DNA of 64,000 bases, from NCBI GenBank assembly GCA_002269645.1, contig NIVC01000507.1, positions 124,001 through 188,000 on the forward strand, written 5' to 3'. Every line of letters begins with the position of its first letter. Position 1 is the first letter of the stretch. This DNA is from Macrostomum lignano. Its lineage: Eukaryota. Below are positions 22,055 through 33,327 of the stretch, in pieces. The translations under genes were made by a program, and so were the position numbers. Under the pieces are notes generated by a model that did not search any database, was not told where the DNA came from, and was given only the letters and a program-made list of their open reading frames with translations.

Positions 22055-25000
22055 TCAAGAAGAATAGAACACGATACGACCGTCGGAACCGCCGGTGACA
22101 AGCCAGGGCAGGCGAGGATGAAAGTCGCAGGCGGTGACTCGCACAATCCCGCTGCCGCCGACGCTTCCAACTTGATGGCCGCGCAGGCGTTTCACTGGCA
22201 CTAGCAGCGGATTCTCTAGCAGGTCGGCGTACACCCTGCTGTGCAGCACTAAACAGCTGCCATCGTCGCTAACAGACGCGCTTAGTGGCAGCGACGGATG
22301 AACGACGCATTGTCGGACTCCGTCGGTGTGAATTCGAAGCTGCTTGTAGGGAGTGCAGGCTAAATCCAGATCGAACCAGGCCAAACGGCTGTCCAGACTG
22401 CCGGCTAGCAGGTGGCAGCCGGTTGGATGAACGCTGAGACAGCTCAACGCGCGGCGTTTGGCTTCAGAGTCTTCAGCTTGGTGAGCTTGGCCAAGTCGTA
22501 CACCTTTAGTAGGTAGAGTTTTAATTGTGTTCAAATTTGAATTCTAATGCTTACATTTGATTGACTCCCAAAAATACCATGAGTGCCACATTGAATCTCA
22601 AAAGTGTCTTATACTGAATCTTATGAGTCTCAAGAATGCTGAGTTTTATGATTCTCATGCTGAATCTTATAAGTCTCATACTGAATCTCAAGACCCTCAT
22701 AGCGAATTTCAAGAATATTCTGAGTCTCAGGAGTCTCGTATCGAATCTCAAAACTCTCGTGCCGAGTTTAGAGTCTTATACAGAGTCTCATGAGTCTCAT
22801 AACGAGCCTCATACCGAGTCTCATGAGTCTCATACTGAGTCTCAAGAGTCCCATACCGAGTCTGAAGAATCTAATACTGAGTCTCATACCCAGTCTCACG
22901 AGTCTCATACTTAATCTCATACCGAGGCTTAACACTCTCATATCGAGTCTAAAGAGTCTCATACCGAGCCTCATGAGTGACATACCGAGAGTCATACTGA
23001 GTCTCATAAGTCTCATACCGAGTCTAAAGAGTCTTATACTAAGTCTAAAAGTCTCAAACCGAGTCTCATGAGTGTCAAACCGAGACTCATACTGAGTCTA
23101 AAAGTCTCATACCGAGTCTAAAGAGTCTTATACTAAGTCTAAAAGTCTCAAACCGAGTCTCATGAGTGTCATACCGAGACTCATACTGAGTCTCATAAGT
23201 CTCATACCGAGTCTAAAGACTCTCATACCGAGTCTAAAGACTCTCATACCGAGTCTAAAGACTCTCATACCGAGTCTAAAGACTCTCATACCGAGTCTAA
23301 AGACTCTCATACCGAGTCTAAAGACTCTCATACCGAGTCTAAATACTCTCATACCGAGTCTAAAGACTCTCATACCGAGTCTAAAGACTCTCATACCGAG
23401 TCTAAAGACTCTCATACCGAGTCTAAAGACTCTCATACCGAGTCTAAAGACTCTCATACCGAGTCTAAAGACTCTCATACCGAGTCTAAAGACTCTCATA
23501 CCGAGTCTAAAGACTCTCATACCGAGTCTAAAGACTCTCATACCGAGTCTAAAGACTCTCATACCGAGTCTAAAGACTCTCATACCGAGTCTAAAGACTC
23601 TCATACCGAGTCTAAAGACTCTCATACCGAGTCTAAAGACTCTCATACCGAGTCTAAAGACTCTCATACCGAGTCTAAAGACTCTCATACCGAGTCTAAA
23701 GACTCTCATACCGAGTCTAAAGACTCTCATACCGAGTCTAAAGAGTCTCACACCGAATTCCAAGACTCACTTGAATCCTAGCCTTCTCGGCCACGTAGAG
23801 CACAGGCTTCACCGGATCGAACTGGGCACAGCAAACCGCCGCTGTGGCCGCCTTCTTGCCGGCGCCACCTAACGGAGACTGGCTAGATCTAGTCGTCAGC
23901 CGGTGCACCAGTAGGGAGCCGCTGTCAGATACGGTCAGAAAATAATCACCCTGACGATGCCAAGCAAGCTGTTTGACACCGCCTTGAGCAGTAGGCAATT
24001 GTACAGTTGCCAGAGTGCGAGACTTTGTTATTGCAGCGCCATTAGCGGACGCTTCGGTGGAGAGAATAGTCCAAATGGCTGCTGACTGTTGCTGCTGCTG
24101 TTGCTCGCCAGAAGTGGTGGCCCAAGCTTCGGCAAATCGAGATGCCAACAGCCGGTCGCAGCTGATTAGTTCAGTGTGTAGTGGGGAAATACTATCTTAA
24201 ATACTATGAATAACTAAATTTCACTAGCAAAAAATGCGTTTATTTACTGGCTTTAGTAAGTAGCAAAATTAGCGTTTTTTTTTATTTTCGGCACTTTTTC
24301 CAAAATATTATTCAAACAGGGAAGGGGTGGTACAGAAAGCTCAGCCTCTCTACTAGCTCACTTTAAACGCTATTTTACTTAATTTTACGTACTACTCGTA
24401 CTACTCTCTGATTCGAAGGTAAGCATGGACTAAAAAAGAAACAGATGTCGATTTGTTTCACATACCGACACACAGAAGACACATACCAATTCTATGAAAA
24501 AATACTGATTCTGAGAAACTGATACTGATTCTGAGAAACAGATACTGATTCTGAGAAACAGATACCAATTCTAAGAAACAGATACCAATTCTAATAAACA
24601 GATACCAATTCTAAGAAACTTATACCGATTCTAAGAATAGATACCGATTCTAAGAAACAAAAAACCAGTCCTAAGAAACAGATGTCGATTCCAAGAATTC
24701 AATAGATTCTGAGAGATCGATACAGATTCCACGTAATTGCTAGACTAATAAATAGAAATTTTAAGAAATTGATGAACTTATTAAATCGATAGGCATTCTA
24801 AGAAAAAGATACAGATTCTAAGAAACAAAAATACACATTTGATCATTATTTATAACTCTCACCGATCCGTAGCAACCAGGTACACCCGTCCGGAGCCGGC
24901 TCCACCAGCGGCGATGCACGGCCGATCGGCGCACGGATTCCACGCGGCCGAGACCAGGCCGCCTTCACTTGCGGACTCCAACTGGGCCGACCAGGCCCTA

Positions 25001-28000
25001 TAGCCGGTGGTGAGTTCGAATACGGCTAGGCGGCCGCCGGCGCCTGACGCGGCAAACCATTGACCGCTGGGATCAACAGAGCAGGCGGTGATGGGGAGCG
25101 GCTGCTGACTGTCCTGAGCTTCCTCTGGCCAGGCCAGATACTGCAACACGCGCAGATGTGGAAAAGGTCGCAAATCTCTTGGAGCGGGCAATTTGGGCAG
25201 CAGATCCTCAGGATCCATGCTAACCCGATGTCGGACAACTCGGGCCGCCAGATGTAGATCTTGGCAACGCTCGTAGCTGAGTTAAGCAGAGTTGGCGATG
25301 GTTAGAAATTGTTAGAAATACAGAATGAAAGTAGCGACCCATTACATGAGGCAGTTTAAAGCCTTAAACTTTTGTAGTATTATGTAAGCCTACAAAGAAT
25401 CAACCGTCCAACAGCCTGTAAGCCGCTACACCTCAACGGTCTCTACAGCCTGTAAGCCGCTACACCTCAACGGTCTCTACAGTCTGTAAGCCGCTACACC
25501 TCAACAGTCCCTACAGTCTGTAAGCCGCTACACCTCAATGGTCTCTACAGTCTGTAAGTCGCTACACCTCAACGGTCTCTACAGTCTGTAAGCCGCTACA
25601 CCTCAACGGTCTCTACAGTCTGTAAGCCGCTACACCTCAACGGTCTCTACAGTCTGTAAGCCGCTACACCTCAACGGTCTCTACAGTCTGTAAGCCGCTA
25701 CACCTCAACGGTCTCTACAGTCTGTAAGCCGCTACACCTCAACGGTCCCTACAGTCTGTAAGCCGCTACACCTCAACGGTCCCTACAGTCTGTAAGCCGC
25801 TACACCTCAACGGTCCCTACAGTCTGTAAGCCGCTACACTTCAACGGTCCCTACAGTCTGTAAGCCGCTATATCTCAACAGTCCTACAGTCTGTAAGCCG
25901 CTATATCTCAACAGTCCTACAGTCCACAAAAAAGTTCCCTATTCGCTAAATCGCTAAAACTGCACAGCAGCTCACAGCTCCGATGTGTATCCCGGATACG
26001 CCGGCACGCGTCGCAGAGCCGCGTATTTGGTTGGCACAAAGTCAACCCGACGCTCGTAATCCTCTTGATTGCGCCATTTCTCCAATTCTTCGTCATCGAA
26101 TAGGTACTCCTCTGGCGGATTGTAGCTCTCGTAGTGCGTTGGCGGCGCCTATGAATATTATTGTAATTTTGCTAAAAATTAGCTCATTTTGCTGAACAAA
26201 AAAGCTATCAAACTATCGATTAATCAATCGATCAACCTATTAATGAATCAATCTATCAATAAATCAATCCATCAAACTATTAATGAATCAATCTATCAAT
26301 GAATCAATCTATCAACGAATCAATCGATCAACCTATTAATGAGTCAATCTATCAATTAATCAATCGATCAAACTATCAATAAATCAATCTATCCATGAAT
26401 TAATCTATCAAACTATTAATGCATCAATCTATCAATTAATCAATCGATCAAACTATCAATGAATCAATCTATAAAACTGTTTATGCATTAATATATTAAT
26501 TAATCAGTCTATCAACGAATCAATCGATCAACCTATCAATGAATCAATCTATCAATAAATCAATCGATCAACCTATCAATGAATCAATCTATCAATTAAT
26601 CAATCGATCAAACTATCAATAAATCAATCTATCCATGAATTAATCTATCAAACTATTAATGCATCAATCTATCAATTAATCAATCGATCAAACTATCAAT
26701 GAATCAATCTATAAAACTGTTTATGCATTAATATATTAATTAATCAGTCTATCAACAAATCAATCGATCAACCTATCAATGAATCAATCTATCAATAAAT
26801 CAATCAATCAACCTATCAATGAATCAATCTACCAAAGTATTAATGCAGTCTATCAACTAATCAATCTACAAAACTATTAATGCAGTCTATCAACTAATCA
26901 ATCGATCAACCTATCAATGAATCAACCTATCAATGAATCAATCTATCCATGAATTAATCTATCAAACTATTAATGCATCAATCTATCAATTAATCAACCT
27001 ACCAATGAATTAATCGATCAACCAAATCGCCTAATACTTCATCAATCAGTCAAGTCACTACCTGGTCAATTTTATCAATCTGCTTAATCAATCAATTATC
27101 TACCAAGACCATAAAGGTACTAGGTACCTTCTTAGGCGGCCTAATATAAGGCAGTTTCCGTCTAATAGCTTCGTCCTCGTCGCCTGCCTGCCGATCCCAG
27201 ATGCCGTAAAATCTGTTGGCATTGTCACCTCGGGCGGCAGCTTCGCGTTGGCGACGCGCTTCGGCCCGCTGCTCACCGGTGAGCATCCAGCCCATCTTGA
27301 TGGCGTGCACCATGCGCCCCACGCGGAGCCGCTCCCATTTAGATGGCACAAACGAGCTTTTACTTGGCGGGTGAGCAGTCACGGGCGTTGCCATGGTGTC
27401 AGAGGTGAACCAGTCGGTCTGAGAAGATTGGACAAATTAAACATACAGATTGAGGCATTTTTTAGAAAAGTAAGGCAGAGGCTAGTAGACACCCTGACAC
27501 AAACTAGACACACCCTGACACAAACGAGACACACACTGACACAAACTAGACACACCCTCACACAAACTAGACACACCCTCACACAAACTATACACAGCCT
27601 GACACCAACTAGACACGCCCTGACACAAACTAGACACACCCTGACACAAACTAGACACACACTGACACAAACTGGACACACACTGACACAAACTAGACAC
27701 ACCCTGACACAAACTACACACCCTGACACAAACTAGACACACCGACACAAACTAGACATACCGACACAAACTAGACATACCCTGACACAAACTAGACATT
27801 CTCAGACACACTAGACACATCCTGACACAAACTAGACACACCTTGACACAAACTACATGTAGACACACCCTGACACAAACTAAATGTAGACACACCCTGA
27901 CACAAACTACATGGAGACACATCCTGACACAAACTACATGTAGTCACAACCTGAGACAAAATAGACACACCCAGACACACCGTGACACAAACTTACACAA

Positions 28001-29075
28001 AGTGAAAACACTCAGACATATGAAGAAGATACAGCTTGACACAAAGTAAAAACACTCAGACACAAACTGACACAACCTGACAAACTAAACACAATCTGAC
28101 ACACAAACTAGACACAATATGACACAAACTAAACACAATCTGGCACAAACTAGACACAATCTGACACAAACTAGACACAGTCTGACACAACCTAGACACA
28201 ATCTGACACAAACTAGACACAATCTGACACAAACTAGACACAATCTGACACAATCTGACAGACTAGACACAATCTGACACAAACTAGACACAATCTGACA
28301 CAAACTAGACACAATCTGACACAATCTGACAGACTAGACACAAACTAGACACAATCTGACACAACCTAGACACAATCTGACACAACCTAGACACAATCTG
28401 ACACAAACTACATGTAGACACAACCTGACACAAATCTAGTTAGACACACCCTGACAGACACAAAGTACATGTAGACACCTGACAAACTACATGTAGACAC
28501 ACCCTGACACAAACTATATGTAGACACAACCTGACACAAACTAGACAACCTGACATAGTGACAGAGTGAAAACACTGAGACACTGTAAGGAGACACCCTG
28601 ACACAAACTACATGTAGGCACAACCTGACACAGAGTAGACACACCGATACACTCAGACACAAAGAACAAACAAAGGACAAATTAACAAAATTCCCAAACA
28701 ATAACGCATTCAGCTTACGTGGTCCTCGTATGGATCAACATTGGGATCCGGCACGCGACCCCGCACAATGTTCTTAACTAACTGTACATCCTCGTCGCAC
28801 AGAACAATTCGCTGCCCAGTTTTGGGGTCGATAACAGTTCTCCAGTATTCTGGATCGTCCATCTTGGCCATGAAATCGTCTAACTGATCCCCAGTGTCTG
28901 GCTTCATCAGTTTCTTACCCTCGGTATCGTAGCCAATATGAGGATATTTTGTATACCAATGCATTGGCACGTTGCCAACCGTATTGCGTATGTCCTCATC
29001 ATCTGATGAATCGTAATCATATTCGTCTGGAGCTGTCAGAGGCGATTCAATTGGCTGCTTTTTAATCTCCGACAT
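22055..29075 (-). CDS. BOP1: Ribosome biogenesis protein BOP1/Erb1 (PeBoW complex, WD40); 6 exons, about 690 aa; 1-nt frameshift in last exon as assembled
   Basis: Exons 29075-28719, 27418-27128, 26148-25976, 25276-24863, 24161-23771, 22503-22055; phases 0,0,2,2,0 consistent. Motifs [101 protein letters not shown]. Confidence 0.95.
22560..23770. repeat. 21-bp minisatellite CTCATACCGAGTCTAAAGACT filling BOP1 intron 5
   Basis: Near-perfect at 23210-23750, degenerate toward 22560. Confidence 0.97.
24480..24830. repeat. Degenerate ~20-bp minisatellite (GATTCTGAGAAACAGATAC) in BOP1 intron 4
   Basis: Recurrent GATTCTAAGAAACA motif. Confidence 0.85.
25412..25925. repeat. 34-bp minisatellite TGTAAGCCGCTACACCTCAACGGTCTCTACAGTC in BOP1 intron 3
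   Basis: About 15 units. Confidence 0.97.
26210..27030. repeat. Degenerate ATCAAT-based minisatellite in BOP1 intron 2
   Basis: ATCAATGAATCAATCT motifs with a larger internal duplication. Confidence 0.9.
27483..28660. repeat. 21-bp minisatellite ACACAAACTAGACACACCCTG in BOP1 intron 1
   Basis: Tandem units, degenerate in parts. Confidence 0.95.
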
Positions 29076-29163
29076 TGCTAAAGCTCTGCAATATTGTTAA
29101 CAGAAGATAGTTTATATTGGTTGTGGTAATTTAGGGGCTTTGTAAAACGTGCTTGTAGCTTAA

Positions 29164-29462
29164 GGGGTTGCAGCCTAGTGGTTAGAGTGTCAGGCGCACA
29201 ACTGAAAGGTCGGGGGTTCGATTCTCGACCATCTCGAAAAAATGTGTCCTTGAGCAAGACACTTAACTCTGCATTGCTTCAGTTCACCCAGCTGTAAAAT
29301 GGGTGCCAGCATTAGCTGGGGTAATTGAGGGTGTGTGTGGCGACCCCCAGTCCTTGGACTGAACAGCCATATGCAGCCTTCAGATGCGCTATGCAACAGC
29401 TGCAGCTGAGCTGTCAATTGCACATCTGCCCATTAGGGCAGGTTTAATTATTATTATTATTA
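29164..29462 (+). mobile_element. tRNA-derived SINE with CORE/Meta-like central domain
   Basis: A box (GCAGCCTAGTGG, ~29170), B box GGTTCGATTC (29215-29224), central GTGTCCTTGAGCAAGACACTTAAC...CAGTTCACCCAGCTGTAAAATGGG resembling the MIR CORE domain, (TTA)n tail at 29445-29462. Confidence 0.8.
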
Positions 29463-30442
29463 AATTAAAACTTGGTACAGTATTACTAGAACAGCAAAGG
29501 GGCAACAAATATTCTGTCTTGTATTCTACAACAGAGCCATGCTGCTACCATATCACAGTATAGTTTAGTTATAACACTACAGTTACTCACTGTGGCAGTC
29601 TCAAAGGTTGGTAAAACCAGCCTATTCAATTGTGTATACTAACCACAGCCAACTCTGCTTAACTTGCATAACTTTCATAATTTATAATTGTCATTTGTTC
29701 TAATTTTAAATAACAAATGAAAAACAAAATCAAAGAAAAATTTCTGTTTATTTGATTTAGTAGACAGGTAAAATTCGATAAAATTTATTTATCAAATAAA
29801 TGTTTAACTGCTAGCTGACCTGGCTAGCATAAATTGATAGACTAAAGGTAAGTTAAAAGATTGACAAGCACATCTAAATGGACTAGGAAGCAACCATGCA
29901 TATACTCAATTATCCTAGCTAATGCTAATACCTATTTTATAGCTAGGTGAACTGAAACAATGCAGATTTTGAAGTCTCTTGCTCAAGGACACAAAGTATT
30001 CTATGTGGTTTGAGAATCAAACCTCTTAACTTTTCATTTGTGAGTTCAACACTAAACCTTAGGCTATACCCCCCCCTAATAAATAAAACTAAGGACCAAA
30101 ATTTGACAAGCCAAAAAATCAAATAGAATAGATGATCTGAGATAATGACTAGAGCACTAGAGCACTTAACTTTACAATAATGATTGGCTTTATACTCAAT
30201 TTGACTAGACTTTCCCAAAAATGAAACATTTTTGCATGTAATATAAAAAGAAATTTGTAAATATTTGCCTCTTCTTCTTTCTATTTTTTAGTATTTTTCT
30301 CTTGTATCATTTATTTCAATTATTTTTTTGTTTCTGCAAAAAGTATAGCTATTTTAAAGAATTATTTTATAGTTCAAAATAATTTAAGCAAAAAAGGTCT
30401 ATATTGAATAAAACTGTAAATGGAAATTTTATAAAAGCATAT

Positions 30443-31203
30443 GGCTCATTCCATATAAGCATGGTCGTAACATGACAGGCTATTTTTACTTTTAAAATGA
30501 AATATAATAATAGAATATACTAAACCAATATTTTAAATGAAAGATAATTTTGTCAAAAATATTTTTATAGAGTTTCATATAGATATCATCATTAGTATAG
30601 ATGCTATTAAACCTTGAATGGCACTTATGGTCGTAACAACAGGATTTTTGACATATAGAAACTAAAAGGTAAAAGTCTTATAACATTTTTATTTTTGATA
30701 TTTTGCAATACATTTTTTTAAAATTTGACTCAGAACATCTTTAGAAATCATACTCTTTTTGTAGAATATATAAACTCAAAAAGGCAACAAAGATACAAAA
30801 GAAAAGGCAGCCTTATGGTCATAACATTATGGTTGTAACATATTTTTTTCTGTCAATTCAGTAACTTTGAGGTACCAATATATTAAAAATATAATAGATT
30901 ATTTGGTCACCAATACTTTTATCTATAGTTTGTTTCAACCTTCCAAAGCTTTCTATTTGTTTTTAAAAGGTACACAAACTTAATGATGTCTTTTGCTTAG
31001 AAAAATGTCTAAATTTTTACAAAAATGACTTTTTGCCACTTGATAGCATACTAATCTAACATTTTATCATTCATTTATTCTTAGATTGTAGATATTACAC
31101 ATAAAAAACATTTGGTAAAAAAATTGGCTGATAAGGCAATGGCAAGCAAAAATATTGACTTTTTTCTATTTTCCAAAAATGTCCATCTTATATGGAATGA
31201 GCC
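30443..31203. mobile_element. Non-autonomous TIR element (761 bp)
   Basis: Termini GGCTCATTCCATATAAG(C)ATGG and CCATCTTATATGGAATGAGCC are inverted repeats; AT on both flanks (could also be read as TA); internal repeated TTATGGTCGTAACA; no ORF. Confidence 0.75.
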
Positions 31204-32143
31204 ATACTATAATTTGAATGGATAAACTTTCAAACTATTTTTTTTTACCTAGCAATTTTGCAAATGAAAATCATATAGCTATACTTTAAATCTGGTAAAG
31301 ATGCTTGTTTAATAAATAATAGAGAAATGAAGGCCAACACCAACATATAAGTAAATTATCATTATAGCCAATGCATTTCAACACAAGCAGTCATCTTTAG
31401 GGCTTGCACTCATGATTCACAATTCTGTGTATTTAAATAAATAAAGAAAATCAAAAACTGTACAGGGCAATAGACAAATGGGTTCAGTCCGATTGATAAT
31501 TATACATTAAAAGACGAAAATAAAATAAATTATTAAGCCATCACATAGAACAAACACAGAGCAAACAATATTGGCGGGGAGAGAGCCGCAAACCCACACC
31601 AAGCGTAGAAAACTTTGAGCTGTGAACTGGCTCCTCCACCTGCAAGCTGAGTATTCAAACTAGGCCTATGATGCTTAATGTGCAAGGCTTCCAGCACAAA
31701 ACTCCCATTAATCAAACCCATTGATCAAACTCCCATTCTTTGGTGTCCTGTCCCTAAGTCTGGAAAAGAAGCTTAAAAGAACCTTCTTGAAGTATTTCAA
31801 CTCTCAGGTCATGGTTGTGTTTCAGACCGCCAAAATTGCCCAGTTTGTTAGCAGGTTGAAGTCAAAGGCCCCTAGAGCTCTGTCTGCTGGTGTCATCTAT
31901 CAATTTTGTTGCTCTGGTGATCAGAGTATTTCCTACATAGGAAAAACCAAAAGGCACCTGTACACTAGGGCTAGGGAGCATAGAATGAATAACTCCGCTG
32001 TACATGATCACTTGCTTAGTTGCAATGCTTGTTGTGAGCATGAGCCAACTGAGCTTTTCACTGTTTTGGATAGATGTAGATTTGATGGCAAACTCAGAGT
32101 GCTAGAAGACTTGCACATTAAGCATCATAGACCTAGTTTGAAT

Positions 32144-32440
32144 CATACATGCGCAACAGTCGGCCGAGTCGGCCGATCCGGCCGACCGATTTGGCGGCCA
32201 ACCAAGGAAGTCGCAAAAATGCCAACCCGAAAAAACACAGAGTAGTAGTACTAAGTAGCTGACGAGGCATTTTGGCTTTATAAGACAGTTATAGTTACTC
32301 CTGCCGTTTACCCAAAGTTGCGTTAATTTTGCTTTCGGGTTTTTTTACATGTAAGTCGCATTTTTGGCCAAAAACTACGTCGCATTTTTGTTAAAACTAA
32401 GTCGCATGGCCGACCGAAATTTGGAGGTTGCGCATGTATG
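32144..32440. mobile_element. hAT/P-like MITE (297 bp) inserted in the Penelope endonuclease; carries a 28S rRNA-derived cassette
   Basis: Perfect 14-bp TIR CATACATGCGCAAC (32144-32157) / GTTGCGCATGTATG (32427-32440); 8-bp TSD GTTTGAAT at 32136-32143 and 32441-32448; subterminal TCGGCC repeats. Confidence 0.93.
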
Positions 32441-32675
32441 GTTTGAATACTCAGCTTGCAGGTGGAGGAGCCAGTTTACAGCTCAAAGTTTTTTAGGCTT
32501 GGTGAGGGTTTGTGGCTCTCTGTGTCTATTCTGTGTGATGGCCTAATAATTTAATTTATTTTCGTCTTTCAATGTACAATTATTGACTGGACTAAACCCA
32601 TTTGTCTATTGCCCTGTATAGTTTTTTTATTTTCTTTATTTATTTAAATATTCGGAATTGTGAATCATGAGTGCA

Positions 32676-32714
32676 AGCCCTGAAGATGACCACGTGTGTT
32701 GAAATGCATTGGCT
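32676..32714 (+). ncRNA. Minimal type I hammerhead ribozyme motif in the Penelope pLTR
   Basis: Stem I AGCC/GGCT, core CTGAAGA (32680-32686), imperfect stem II GAC..GTT, GAAA (32701-32704), palindromic stem III ATGCAT, predicted AUU cleavage after 32710. Matches the minimal dimeric hammerheads known from PLEs. Confidence 0.65.
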
Positions 32715-33327
32715 ATAATAATAATTTACTTATATGCTAGTGTTGGCTTTCATTTCTATAGCTTCCATTTCTATACATATAGCATTAATATCTAATAGGC
32801 CTATGAAAGTCAAAAAAGTTTTTTGCTAGGTTAAAAATTTTTTTATTATATATTATCTCTTGACAAAAAGTTATAACTTAAATAATATTGCTACACTCAG
32901 ATAGCTGACTTATAAAACTAGCTTTTTAGAAGTCATAGTCTATATCATGTCTAGGCTTATGCTAGAGAAAAACCCCAAGGTCAAAATGTCTTTTTACCTG
33001 AAAAAATTAAGCATAACTAGTTTTATTGTGAATATACAATTATTTTTTGTGTTTTATGGAATTGAATAAAATAGTCTAGATTATGTTTGACCTTAGAGTA
33101 TAGCATATATAATTAAATATATAAACATTATTTTGCTATACAGTTGTTCATCTAGATTATCAAGTTTATCCTACACTTATTAGGCTTATATTAGATCTAG
33201 TTTTTTATTTAAATTTGCAGAAATTGTCAGTCAAATCAATTTTATTCTTAAAAAGAAACTTTAGAAAAACTTGTAGTTAAAACTGTTTTTACATTTTTAA
33301 AATGTATTTGAAGACACTTGTGTAATA

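Larger units (their letters stand above)
31323..32757 (+). mobile_element. 5'-truncated Penelope-like element: GIY-YIG endonuclease C-terminus and pLTR, preceded by an inverted copy of its 3' end
   Basis: ORF 31721-32245 has VIYQFCC..YIGKTKRHLYTRAREH..HDHLLSC..FTVL..LEDLHIKHHRPSLN. After removing the MITE the frame continues NTQLAGGGASLQLKVF. 31323-31697 is an inverted copy of 32099-32757. Confidence 0.88.

Noticed and set aside
20567-23872. Heptad-repeat ORFs (MRVFRLG, SLKTLIP)
   Set aside because: Translations of 21-bp satellites in BOP1 intron 5 and downstream.
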